Shown: one piece after another, positions 8,803-18,874 of the stretch | Position numbering within the stretch: the first letter of the stretch is position 1 | Layout: each line of letters begins with the position of its first letter | From: an uncultured Phycisphaerales bacterium | GTDB taxonomy: Bacteria > Planctomycetota > Phycisphaerae > Tepidisphaerales > Tepidisphaeraceae | Reading direction: 5' to 3' | Length of the DNA: 64,000 bases | Assembly (NCBI GenBank): GCA_963755915.1 | Contig: CAVWLP010000002.1 | Coordinates: 4,896,001-4,960,000, forward strand | The notes under the pieces: generated by a model | Database searches by the model: none | The model's input: the letters and a program-made list of their open reading frames with translations, nothing else | What the model was told of the DNA's origin: nothing | Made by a program: the position numbers and the translations under genes

Positions 8803-9050
8803 CTTTTTCGGACAAGCACAGGGAATTGGGGAATTTGAAATTTGAGATTTCAGACTTGGGGGAAGAAGAAATATCGCGCCTCTATATACAGGTCCGGGAG
8901 TGCACGTTTTGTACCTATTTTTGCAAAAATCCGGGGGGAATTATTTTTCGGGGCGTGAGATTGGAAAGAATTTGATAAGCGGGGCGCGAAATCGTGGTAA
9001 TTGGCCAATACTTGCATTTTCGGGGCGAATCCACAAAACTTACTTTCCCC

Positions 9051-11498
9051 ATGAAAAAAATCGCTCTCGTAATATCAGCGGCGTTTTTGGCTATTTTCCT
9101 CGGCAGCGCGGCGGGTGATCCGGCCGGGATTACGGTCGATCTGGACCATCCCGGGGCGAAGATCAGCCCGACCTTTTACGGCCTGATGACGGAGGAGATC
9201 AATCACTCCTATGACGGCGGGCTGTATGCGGAATTGATCCAGAATCGCGCAATGGGGGACAGTGTACATGAGCCGAGGCACTGGTCGGTTGTAAAGAGCG
9301 ATGGGGTGGATGGGTCGATTGCGCTGGATACGGGCGTGCCGTTGAACGACGCGCTGAAGACGAGCTTGCGGCTCGACGTCGCTAACGTGGGCCAGGGACA
9401 GCGGGTTGGCGTTGCCAATGAGGGGTATTGGGGTATTCCGGTCAAGCCGGACACGCAATATCAGGCTTCGTTTTACGCGAAGGCGGGAAACGGGTTTGCC
9501 GGTCCGCTGACCGTTGATATCGAGAGCAATGATGGGGGCACGATCTATGCCACTGGGACGGTTTCGCAAATCAGCGGCGACTGGAAGAAATATGATCTTA
9601 CGCTCACGACCCAAAAGCTTGACCCGACGAAGGATGCTCGATTTGTGATCTCAGCGGGCGGGAAGGGATCGGTGTGGTTTGATCAGGTGTCTCTGTTTCC
9701 GCCGACCTATAACGACCGCCCCAACGGCAACCGGATCGACCTGATGCAGTTGCTGGCAGATCTGCACCCAACCTTCCTTCGGTTCCCCGGTGGGAACTAT
9801 TTGGAGGGCGACTTTGTTAATGAGCGCTTCATATGGAAAAACACCATTGGCGACCCGGCGCAGCGGGCCGGACATCGCAGTCCGTGGAATTACCACTCGA
9901 CGGACGGCATGGGTTTGCTGGAATTTCTGGAGTGGTGCGAGGACCTGCACATGCAGCCGCTGCTGGCGGTTTATGCGGGATATTCGCTGCAGCATATCCA
10001 TGTCGATGCGGGGCCGGACCTGGTGCCGTTTGTGCAGGAGGCGCTGGATGAAATCGAATATTGTACGGGGGATACTTCTACGAAATGGGGGGCGGAGCGT
10101 GCGAAGGATGGGCATCCGCAGCCGTTCGATATCAAATATATTGAGGTGGGCAATGAGGATTTCTTTGACACGGCGGGGTACGACAAGCGTTTCGCGCAGT
10201 TTTATGACGCGATCAAGGCGAAATATCCGAACCTGCTGCTGATCGCGACGGTACCGGTGAAGAACCGGACGCCGGATGTGGTGGATGACCACTATTACCG
10301 CTCTTCGCGGCAGATGGAGCGGGACGTGACACATTACGACAAGACGGATCGAAATGGGCCGAAGGTTTTTGTGGGTGAATGGGCGACGACTGAAGGGCGG
10401 CCGACGCCGAACTTCGGGGCGGCGATGGCGGACGCGGCCTGGATGACGGGACTGGAACGCAACTCGGATGTGGTGGTGATGAACTGCTATGCGCCGCTGC
10501 TGGTGAATGTGAATCACAACGCGTCGCAGTGGGGTACGAATCTGATCGGATACGATGCGCTGAATAGCTTCGGATCGACGTCGTATTACGCGCAGCGGAT
10601 GTTTGCGGAGAACATGGGAGATACGATTATCCCGGTGGCAATCTCGCAGCCACCGGTCGATAACAGCACCCCCCCACCGCCGGACACCGGGGGCGTGGGG
10701 GTGGGGACGTGGAATACGCAGGCGCAGTTTAAAGACATTAAAGTCACCCAGGGGGATCAGACGCTTTTGCAGTCGGATTTCACGAACGGCACCGCGGGCT
10801 GGCGAAAGGGACGCAATGGAACCTGGTCGGCGGCAGATGGGGTGCTGACGCAGTCCGGCAATGCTCAGGATACGCGGATCACCACGGGCAATGCGAGTTG
10901 GACAGATTACACGTATAGCCTGAAGGCGATGAAAACGGGCGGGTCGGAAGGATTCCTGATCCTGTTCCACACGCGCGGGCGAAATGATTATCTCTGGTGG
11001 AACGTCGGCGGGTGGGGGAATACGCGGTCTGCCCTGGAAAAAATCGATGATGGGCAGAAGAAAGAGTTCGGGACGTCGGCGAATGTCACCGTCGAATCGA
11101 ATCGGTGGTACGACATCAGCGTTGAAGTGAGCGGCACGGATATCAAGTGCTATCTGGACGGGAAGCTGGTGACTGAGGCGACGGATCCTCCGCCGGCGCC
11201 GCTGGATCCGATTTATGCGACGGCGAGCCGGGTGGATTCAACCGGGCAGGTGATTTTGAAGGTGGTGAACATCTCGTCTTCGCCGGAGAGTTTGCAGATC
11301 AATCTGAGCGGGGCGAAGGATGTTTCGGCGGCCGGGAAGGCGATCGTGCTGACGGGGAAACCGACGGATGTGAATTCGCTGGCGAATCCGACGAAGGTTT
11401 ATCCGCAGGACCAGGACATCACGGACGCGGGGGCGACGTTTACGCATGAGTTTCCGGCGTATTCGGTGAATGTGCTGAAGATTGATATGAAGCCGTAG
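9051..11498 (+). CDS. Secreted alpha-L-arabinofuranosidase (GH51) with CBM-like domain and inserted ConA-like domain
   Basis: Signal peptide; YGLMTEEINHSYDGGLYAELIQNR, FLRFPGGNYLEG, IEVGNED, DDHYY, VFVGEWA, GLERNSDVV..YAPLL. Confidence 0.93.
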   Translation: MKKIALVISAAFLAIFLGSAAGDPAGITVDLDHPGAKISPTFYGLMTEEINHSYDGGLYAELIQNRAMGDSVHEPRHWSVVKSDGVDGSIALDTGVPLNDALKTSLRLDVANVGQGQRVGVANEGYWGIPVKPDTQYQASFYAKAGNGFAGPLTVDIESNDGGTIYATGTVSQISGDWKKYDLTLTTQKLDPTKDARFVISAGGKGSVWFDQVSLFPPTYNDRPNGNRIDLMQLLADLHPTFLRFPGGNYLEGDFVNERFIWKNTIGDPAQRAGHRSPWNYHSTDGMGLLEFLEWCEDLHMQPLLAVYAGYSLQHIHVDAGPDLVPFVQEALDEIEYCTGDTSTKWGAERAKDGHPQPFDIKYIEVGNEDFFDTAGYDKRFAQFYDAIKAKYPNLLLIATVPVKNRTPDVVDDHYYRSSRQMERDVTHYDKTDRNGPKVFVGEWATTEGRPTPNFGAAMADAAWMTGLERNSDVVVMNCYAPLLVNVNHNASQWGTNLIGYDALNSFGSTSYYAQRMFAENMGDTIIPVAISQPPVDNSTPPPPDTGGVGVGTWNTQAQFKDIKVTQGDQTLLQSDFTNGTAGWRKGRNGTWSAADGVLTQSGNAQDTRITTGNASWTDYTYSLKAMKTGGSEGFLILFHTRGRNDYLWWNVGGWGNTRSALEKIDDGQKKEFGTSANVTVESNRWYDISVEVSGTDIKCYLDGKLVTEATDPPPAPLDPIYATASRVDSTGQVILKVVNISSSPESLQINLSGAKDVSAAGKAIVLTGKPTDVNSLANPTKVYPQDQDITDAGATFTHEFPAYSVNVLKIDMKP

Positions 11499-11570
11499 GG
11501 GCTAGGTGCGCGGCGGTACCGATTAAACCCTTGAAAGCGTGCACTGTGGGCCGGTTCGCGCAGAATTATT

Positions 11571-11599
11571 TTGATTTGTTCGGTTTATGTATGTATAGT
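11571..11599 (+). promoter_or_regulatory. Putative promoter (TTGATT-17-TATAGT) of the NTase/wHTH pair
   Basis: AT-rich stretch with near-consensus hexamers, 23 nt before the ATG at 11623. Confidence 0.5.
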
Positions 11600-11622
11600 A
11601 TTTCCGATATAATTAAAGCGAG

Positions 11623-12153
11623 ATGAACGGCGACACAATCAAGACCTCGCTTGCCGCACTTGGGCGAGAGTTGTCAGCAGGGGACCCGGTTGAATTAGTA
11701 ATCGTGGGGGGCGCGGCGGGACTGCTGACAGGTCAGTTGTCTCCCGCTGTTACAACGGGCGACGTGGACGCGATATCGGTCCTGCCCGCCGATCAATGGC
11801 ACCGGGTTCAGGAAGCGGCAGCGCTGGTCACAACGGCATTGGGTCTTCCAGCCAATTGGCTGAACCGCGATGTGGGGTTGCATCGACTTGCATTGCCACC
11901 GGACTACCGCAGCCGACTTGTGATCGTGGGTGAATTTGGATCCCTGACGGTAAAGGCAATAGGCCGGCTCGATTTGATTGCCATGAAGTTCTACGCCCAT
12001 CGCCAGCGCGACGTAGAACACCTGCTTGAATTCTCGCCAACCGGGCAGGAGAAGAGATTTGTGTTGGACTATCTGAACGCTTTGGAGTCGGCCGGGGTTG
12101 GGGAGCCGAGCCAGATTCAAATGGCCAAACATGTGCTCACGGAATGGAAATAA
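11623..12153 (+). CDS. Pol-beta-superfamily nucleotidyltransferase (DUF6036/AbiEii-like)
   Basis: LVIVGGAA...TTGDVD motif, WLN, and C-terminal 'LIAMKFYAHRQRDVEHL' (K...R..D). Confidence 0.78.
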   Translation: MNGDTIKTSLAALGRELSAGDPVELVIVGGAAGLLTGQLSPAVTTGDVDAISVLPADQWHRVQEAAALVTTALGLPANWLNRDVGLHRLALPPDYRSRLVIVGEFGSLTVKAIGRLDLIAMKFYAHRQRDVEHLLEFSPTGQEKRFVLDYLNALESAGVGEPSQIQMAKHVLTEWK

Positions 12154-12908
12154 TGCAGCGCGAAGCAGTCAATTCCGTAATCGCCAAGTGGACGCGCCTG
12201 GGCGCGATGTTCAATGTTTCTGCCTGTGACGAGGAGGTAGACGTCGAATACCTCCTGCTTGACACTGCGCGGATGGCCGCGATGAATTCACGTCTATTCA
12301 TTCTCGCGGTAACCTGGCTTTCCCAATATGGCAGCTACGTTGCTAGACACCGCCTTGCCCGTCTGATTGGCGATGAACTTGAAAACGAGCATCGGCAGAC
12401 AATGGGGCTGATGCTGGATCTGGCAAAACAAAAGGGCGCCGACAGCGCTCATCGGTTCAATAAAGCGATTGAAGCTTGCGGCGAAGTCATCGACCACAAA
12501 CCCCTGCTCGACGTCTCCCGGCGGAGCGACCTGCTCGCGAAGATTTCGCGGCAAAGTGCTTCGGCACTTTCGCTGAAATGGGGAAGATGGGTAGAAGATT
12601 TTGAGCTGAAGCTTAGCGCACTGCGACCGCCGCACTGGATCATCGAAAAGAATCCGTCCCTACGATGGAGGTCTGATTTCAAAGGGGATTTGCGGGCATC
12701 GGTGGTGGTCGAATTGCTGGCCAGCGCGGGCCGGGCGGAGAGCGAATCGGATATCGCTCGACGCTGCGGCGTCACGTACTCGGCCGCGCTGAACGCCCTG
12801 GAATCTCTTGAACGGTCTGGATGGATCCGGCGCAAGCGTCGCCCGCACTCGACGGAAATCGTGCTTGTGGGAGATTCAAAAATGAAATCGCTCGTAGGCG
12901 TGAAATAA
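12153..12908 (+). CDS. Hypothetical protein with C-terminal winged HTH; translationally coupled partner of the NTase
   Basis: TAATG overlap with the upstream stop; C-terminal ESESDIARRCGVTYSAALNALESLERSGWI. Confidence 0.7.
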   Translation: MQREAVNSVIAKWTRLGAMFNVSACDEEVDVEYLLLDTARMAAMNSRLFILAVTWLSQYGSYVARHRLARLIGDELENEHRQTMGLMLDLAKQKGADSAHRFNKAIEACGEVIDHKPLLDVSRRSDLLAKISRQSASALSLKWGRWVEDFELKLSALRPPHWIIEKNPSLRWRSDFKGDLRASVVVELLASAGRAESESDIARRCGVTYSAALNALESLERSGWIRRKRRPHSTEIVLVGDSKMKSLVGVK

Positions 12909-12967
12909 TCGGGACTCCACGAACGACGTTGGGCGAGCGGTATGGATTGTTTTTCGGGGCCTGGGAC

Positions 12968-14302
12968 TTACGCCGCGCGGGCGCGGGAGACGGCGCCGGG
13001 GGCGAAGGTTTCGGGGGGGATTTTCACACCGGCGTTTTCGAGCTTCTGCATGAACATGGGGCGGAGTCCGCAGGCGACGAGGGAGCCGTCGACTTTGTTG
13101 GGCTGTCCGGTGGCGATTTCCTTGAACTTGAAGAGTTCCTGCATGAGGACGCGGTCGCCTTCCATGCCGGCGATCTCGGTGACGCTGGTGACTTTTCGGG
13201 AACCGTCGCGGAGGCGCGATTGCTGGACCATGACCTGGACGGCGGAGCCGATCTGCTCGCGGATGACGCGGATGGGGAAGTCGATGCCGGCCATGAGAGA
13301 CATGGTTTCAATACGGGAGATGGCGTCGCGCGGGCTGTTGGCGTGGAGGGTGGTGAGGGAGCCGTCGTGACCGGTGTTCATGGCCTGGAGCATGTCGAGG
13401 GCTTCTGCGCCGCGGCACTCGCCGACGACGATGCGCTCGGGACGCATACGCAGGGCGTTGCGGACGAGCTCGCGAATGGTGACTTCGGCGCCGGTGTCGG
13501 AGCCGGCGCGCTTGGCTTCCAGAGTGATGACATGGTCCTGGTCGAGCTGCAATTCGGCGGCGTCTTCGATGGTGACGATTCGCTCGTCGTGTCCGATGCA
13601 ACTGGAGAGAATATTGAGAAGGGTCGTTTTGCCGGAGCCGGTTCCACCGCAGACGACGATGTTGAGGCGAGCCTGGACGCAGGCCTTGAGGAAGTCGCCG
13701 ATGGGGGCGGTGATGGAACCGAACTTCACCAGGTCTTCCATGGTGAGGCGTTTACGGCTGAATTTTCGGATGGTGACGCAGGCGCCGGCGATGGCGATGG
13801 GCGGAATGACGACGTTGACGCGCGAGCCGTCAGGCAGACGGGCGTCGACGAGCGGGTTGTTGCCGTCGAGGCGCTTGCCGAGGGGTTTGATGATGCGGTC
13901 GATCACGGCCCGGAGATGGGCGTCGTCGTCGAAAACGATGTCGGTTCGCATCGGTTTGCCCATGCGCTCGACGTAAACGCGGTCGGTGCGGTTGATCATT
14001 ACTTCGGTGACGGTGGGATCGTCGAGCAGGGGTTGAATCGGGCCAAAGCCGTAGAGTTCGGCCAGCACCTCGTTGAGGAGTGTATTACGGACGTCGTCGG
14101 GGAGGCTGGCGTCGGCGGCGCGGAGGGCGCCGGGGAGTTCGTCTTCGATCTTTTTGCGGTTGGCCACATCGGTCGCGGCGGTTCCGGAGGGTTGTGCCTG
14201 TTTGAAGAAATGCTCAACCAATCGCTTGCGGATTTTGCGCAGTTGGGCCTTTGCGGAGGCATCCCCCTGCTCGGTTGGCTTGGACCCATTCATTTCAGGC
14301 AT
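12968..14302 (-). CDS. cpaF: CpaF/TadA-family secretion ATPase
   Basis: GPIQPLLDDPTVTEVMIN, DARLPDGSRVN, GGTGSGKTTLLN, TIEDAAEL, LRMRPERIVVGECRG, MNTGHDGSLTTLHAN. Confidence 0.93.
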   Translation of the reverse strand: MPEMNGSKPTEQGDASAKAQLRKIRKRLVEHFFKQAQPSGTAATDVANRKKIEDELPGALRAADASLPDDVRNTLLNEVLAELYGFGPIQPLLDDPTVTEVMINRTDRVYVERMGKPMRTDIVFDDDAHLRAVIDRIIKPLGKRLDGNNPLVDARLPDGSRVNVVIPPIAIAGACVTIRKFSRKRLTMEDLVKFGSITAPIGDFLKACVQARLNIVVCGGTGSGKTTLLNILSSCIGHDERIVTIEDAAELQLDQDHVITLEAKRAGSDTGAEVTIRELVRNALRMRPERIVVGECRGAEALDMLQAMNTGHDGSLTTLHANSPRDAISRIETMSLMAGIDFPIRVIREQIGSAVQVMVQQSRLRDGSRKVTSVTEIAGMEGDRVLMQELFKFKEIATGQPNKVDGSLVACGLRPMFMQKLENAGVKIPPETFAPGAVSRARAA

Positions 14303-14485
14303 GGTTGAAGTATCGGCCGCTTTGCGAATGAGCATAAGAGCGCCAATACTCGATTCAGCCTTCAAAAGGGGCACATCGGAAGGAATTAGCGCGGTCCTAA
14401 TTTATGGGATCGGCGAGGCGAAAGGCGTGATTTGAGGATGACGTGGTCCGGTAAACGAATTCCGCCGGTGAGGACACTTTTGGGG

Positions 14486-15508
14486 CTATTGCAGCGAGGG
14501 GCGGCTGGAGGGGGCGTTCAGCGGGACGTGCGGCCTGGCAAGAGAACGGTCGAAGAAATCGTAGACCATTGAGAGATCATCGTGATTACGGAACCAGCCG
14601 TATCCGTGTCCGGCGTTGGGAATGATTACAAATCGGACCTTGGCCCCGGCGGCAGTGAGCCGCTGATAGAATTCCTGGCTCTGGTGCAGGGGAACGTAGC
14701 GGTCCTGGTTGCCATGCATGATGAGGAAGGGGACGAGCGGGCCTTTGCCGATCTGGTCGGCCGGGCTGGCGAAGCGGGCGATGCGCGATTGGGTTGCCAG
14801 CGAGCCTCCGCCGAAGAGGAAATTCACAGCGGTTCCGCCGGGACCGGTCCAGTCGTCGGCGGCCTGAAAATCAGAAGGGCCGAACCAATCGCAGACGGCC
14901 TGCACATTGCTGGAAGGACCAATAACGCCTTCGGTTCCCTCGTATTCGCGGCAGCCGTTGGTGGTGCCGAGAAGGGATGCAAGTTGTCCACCGGCGGAAT
15001 CGCCCCATACGCCGATGCGATCGGGCGAGATTCCAAAATCGCGGGCGTGGAAGCGAAGGAATCGGATGGCGGCTTTGCAATCGAAAATCTGCGCGGGGAA
15101 GAGGGCGTCGGAGCTGAGGCGATAGTTGATGCTCACGACGATAAATCCGCGGGTGAGGATCCCCAAACCCGGTGGCGCGGATTTATCTCCGCTGCGCCAT
15201 CCACCGCCGTGAATCCAGACCATCACGGGGCGCGGGGTGGTTCGAACGTCGGGAAGATAAAGATCGAGGGTGCGGGAGCGGCCTGCTCCGATGACGTAGG
15301 AAATATCATGGACGACATGGAATCCCTTGGGGATCCATTGCACGGTTAGAACCCTTGATGGCCGGGTGGAAGGAAGAAGGGAAACGGACGGCGCGGGAGT
15401 AAGCGAATTGATTGGGAGGGGACTGGCAGGGATGAGCGTGGTCGCATCGGCAAACGATGCGACAAGCACTGCCAGACAAAAACCGAGTTGCCCGAAGAAC
15501 GACTTCAT
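14486..15508 (-). CDS. Secreted alpha/beta-hydrolase (HSL/BD-FAE-like esterase)
   Basis: WIHGGGW oxyanion loop, GDSAGG nucleophile, HGNQD...AGHG; signal peptide from MKSFFG. Confidence 0.9.
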   Translation of the reverse strand: MKSFFGQLGFCLAVLVASFADATTLIPASPLPINSLTPAPSVSLLPSTRPSRVLTVQWIPKGFHVVHDISYVIGAGRSRTLDLYLPDVRTTPRPVMVWIHGGGWRSGDKSAPPGLGILTRGFIVVSINYRLSSDALFPAQIFDCKAAIRFLRFHARDFGISPDRIGVWGDSAGGQLASLLGTTNGCREYEGTEGVIGPSSNVQAVCDWFGPSDFQAADDWTGPGGTAVNFLFGGGSLATQSRIARFASPADQIGKGPLVPFLIMHGNQDRYVPLHQSQEFYQRLTAAGAKVRFVIIPNAGHGYGWFRNHDDLSMVYDFFDRSLARPHVPLNAPSSRPSLQ

Positions 15509-15693
15509 TTCCGCCGCCAAACGAGTGAGGAACGTATTATATTTAACTGCACGGACTAAAGATACGGAAGTTTCAGGGATAAAGTGAACAAGGGAGGGGT
15601 TATGATGACCTATGGTTGGCAGTTGATTAATCCGCTGGAAACGCGGCCGAGGCCGCATAAGAGGCGATTGGTCGCTGAGATTGACACACATCC

Positions 15694-16398
15694 ATGAATC
15701 AGGAAGTTAAAGACCGCATATCCGCTGCCCTCCGCGACTTCGCTCGGCTGGATTTGCGCCCTTCCCACCTGATCGTTGGGGGAATGGTGGTGCTGGGGGT
15801 GATTGTTAATCTCGTGTTTGCACATGGATGGACGGTGTGGCCGGTCGTGCTGGCGTTTGCGATGCTGACCATCATTAACGAGGCGGTTGAGCGGAATGGG
15901 CAGGGGATTCCGCCGTTTCAGGTGTACGCATTTTTTATCGGGATTGGGGTGGCATGGCTGGTCGTTGTGATGTGCCTGTGGGCGGTCCATCCGATCTTTT
16001 TGATCCTTGGTATCGGGGTGGTGCTTTATCGCGGGATCGAGGCGTATCTCAAGCAGCGCGAGCGTGAGCGGCTGATCGCCTTTCGGCGCGAGCGCGGTGT
16101 GTGCCTGCACTGCGGCGAGGTGTATGATCCCAACTCGGTGCTGTGCGAATCGTGCGGGGAGGAGCCGAACCCGGATTCGGCGATACTGAAGCGGGTGGCG
16201 CAGATTTGTCGATCGCCGCAGGATGTTGCCCACGCCCGGGCGGTGCTGAGCCGGGCGACGGGATCGAACTCAGCCGCGGCGAAGGAGAAGGCGTTGATCT
16301 CGCGTCATCACGGGGAGAAGAAAAAGGTTACAAAACCGGCGGAGTTGCCGAAGGCGGCGAAGGTGGGGCCGTCTTTTGGCAAGCATCGCAAAAGTTGA
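15694..16398 (+). CDS. Membrane protein (about 4 TM) with zinc ribbon
   Basis: Hydrophobic N-terminal half, then CLHC...CESC and a Lys-rich tail. Confidence 0.75.
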   Translation: MNQEVKDRISAALRDFARLDLRPSHLIVGGMVVLGVIVNLVFAHGWTVWPVVLAFAMLTIINEAVERNGQGIPPFQVYAFFIGIGVAWLVVVMCLWAVHPIFLILGIGVVLYRGIEAYLKQRERERLIAFRRERGVCLHCGEVYDPNSVLCESCGEEPNPDSAILKRVAQICRSPQDVAHARAVLSRATGSNSAAAKEKALISRHHGEKKKVTKPAELPKAAKVGPSFGKHRKS

Positions 16399-16549
16399 AA
16401 CAGAATTTTGGGCGGGGGTGAACCGGCGGCGCGAGATTTCAATTCGGCATTTGGACTTCGACGAGCTCAGTCGAGTCGCACTCGACATTCGGCATTTTTG
16501 GAAAGATTCTCTTCCAAGTGAATCGCGGTCGTTGTACGATAAATAAAGC

Positions 16550-17979
16550 ATGGACGCTGCATTAATTGAGAAGCGAACGGACTCGCCGGCCGCTAGTCAG
16601 TTCCAGGGGAAACGGGTGCATTTTATCGGAGTGGGCGGTAGTGGGATGAGCGGCTTGGCGCGTACCTTGCTGGATGCTGGGGCGATTGTGACCGGTTCGG
16701 AGCCGCGATTGGGTCCGCAGACGCTGGAACTGGTGCAGAAAGGTGCAAAAATTTCGCGCCAGCAAACCGGGGAATTTATCGATCCAAAAGTTGATTTGGT
16801 CGTTCGGACCGCGGCCGTGCTCGATAACAATATCGAGATGCTTGTCGCGGGCCGGCTGGGGCTTAAAACGGTCAAATATGCGCAGATGCTGGGAATGGTG
16901 ATGGGGGAGCGATTTGGCGTCGCGGTTTCGGGGACACATGGGAAATCGACGACGAGCGCGATGATCGCGTTTGCGCTGCGCGAGTGCGGCGCGGACCCGA
17001 GCTTTGTGATCGGGGGAACGGTTCCGCAGCTTGGGGGCGGAAGCCATTCGGGGAAGGGGAACATTTTTGTCGCCGAGGCGTGCGAGTTCGATCGCAGCTT
17101 TCACAACCTGCGGCCGAAGATTGCACTGATCACCAACATTGAGCCGGACCATCTGGATTATTACCGGGACATCGACGAAATCGTGGAGAGCTTTCGCGAT
17201 TTGCGCGGCGGGTTCCGGCGGATGGGGTGATTATCGCCGGGGGAAAAGACCGGCGGGTGGCGCAGGCGCTGAGCGGATTGACTACGGCGATTGAGACTGT
17301 TTCTGTGGGCGAGAATAATATTTGGTCAGCGCGGGTTTCAGGTATTGACAACGGGTGCTACAGCGGCGAAGTATCGTTCCGGAATCAGAGTGTTGGAACG
17401 CTGCACCTTTCGATCGCGGGCGAACACAATCTGATGAATGCGACGATGGCGGCGGCGGCATGTGCCGCCTGCGGTGTGCCGCCGGGAGAGGCGATCGAAG
17501 CGCTGGGAAAATTCCAGGGCGTCGATCGGCGAATGAGCGTCGTCGGACGATATCATGGGGCGACGGTGGTGGATGATTATGGGCATCATCCGACCGAAAT
17601 CCGCACCACGCTGCGGGCGCTGCGGCAAAGGTTTGATCCGCGGCGGCTGATTTGTGTTTTTCAGCCGCATCAGCACAGCCGGACGCGTTTCCTCATGGAG
17701 GATTTCGCGGCGAGCTTCGTGCTGGCGGATGAGACGATCGTGCCGGACATCTTCTTCGTCCGCGACAGTGAGGCGGAGCGGCAGAAGGTAACCGCGGCCG
17801 ATCTGGTGCAGCGGGTGCGGGCGAATGGGCAAAATGCGATCCATCTGCCGACGTTTGGGCAGATTGTGGAGTATCTTAAGCAGAACGTCCACGAGGACGA
17901 CCTGGTGGTGACGATGGGGGCGGGAAATATCTGGGAGATCGGGAAAGACCTGATTGAGAAAGATCGGGTCTCGAAGTGA
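16550..17979 (+). CDS. murC: UDP-N-acetylmuramate--L-alanine ligase (frameshift near 17200-17225)
   Basis: HFIGVGGSGMSGLA, GTHGKSTT, EACEFDRSF, NIEPDHLD; second ORF carries DDYGHHPTEI, FQPHQHSRT, MGAG. Confidence 0.95.
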
Positions 17980-17980
17980 C

Positions 17981-18874
17981 ATGCTGAAGTTATCCAATCC
18001 ATTTTCGGGGCTTGACTCGTTCGTGCAGCAGAACGCTCCCCTGGCGCGGTATACGTGGTATCGCATCGGCGGGCCGGCGCGGTGGTTTGTGCGGCCGGGA
18101 AACATTGAGGATTTGCAGGAAGCGGCGCGGCGGTGTGCCGAGGCGAATATCCGCACGTATGTGCTGGGGTTTGGGGCGAATATTCTTGTGAGCGACGCCG
18201 GAGTCGATGCGGCGGTGTTTCGATTCGACAGCGATTTCTGGCGGCGGTGCGACTTCGGCGAAAATAAAGTGGAAGTCGGCGCGGGCATGGATATGCAGAA
18301 GCTGCTGCTTCGCACGATCCGGCAGGGACGCAGCGGGGTGGAATGCCTGGCGGGGATTCCGGGAACCATTGGCGGGGGAATCCGCATGAACGCGGGGGGG
18401 AAATTCGGGGATATCGGGTCGGTCGTGCAGTCGGTGCAGGTGATGGATAATTACGGGAATCTGTACGAACGGCACAAGGACGACCTGGTTTTTGATTATC
18501 GCACGACCAATATTTCCGCGCCGTTCATCCTGGGCGCAACGCTGGATCTGGAAGAGGAAGACCCGGAACGCATCCTTCGAAAGACGAAGGAGATCTGGAT
18601 GTACAAGCGGAACACGCAGCCGCTGAATACCAAGAATGCCGGGTGCATTTTCAAGAATCCGCGCGGGCTGAGCGCTGGGGCGCTGATCGATCAGGCGGGA
18701 ATGAAGGGGATGCGGATTGGCGGGGCCGAGGTTTCGGCCAAGCACGCGAACTTCATCATCGCCCATCCGGGGTGCACGGCGGATGATGTGATGACGATGA
18801 TTAAGCTGATCCGGGAAAAAGTGTTCGATCGCAATCAGATTCACCTGGAAAGCGAAGTGCAGATCTGGCCATGA
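17981..18874 (+). CDS. murB: UDP-N-acetylenolpyruvoylglucosamine reductase
   Basis: TWYRIGGPA, GIPGTIGGGIRMNAG, AGCIFKNP, SAKHANFI, LESEV. Confidence 0.96.
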   Translation: MLKLSNPFSGLDSFVQQNAPLARYTWYRIGGPARWFVRPGNIEDLQEAARRCAEANIRTYVLGFGANILVSDAGVDAAVFRFDSDFWRRCDFGENKVEVGAGMDMQKLLLRTIRQGRSGVECLAGIPGTIGGGIRMNAGGKFGDIGSVVQSVQVMDNYGNLYERHKDDLVFDYRTTNISAPFILGATLDLEEEDPERILRKTKEIWMYKRNTQPLNTKNAGCIFKNPRGLSAGALIDQAGMKGMRIGGAEVSAKHANFIIAHPGCTADDVMTMIKLIREKVFDRNQIHLESEVQIWP

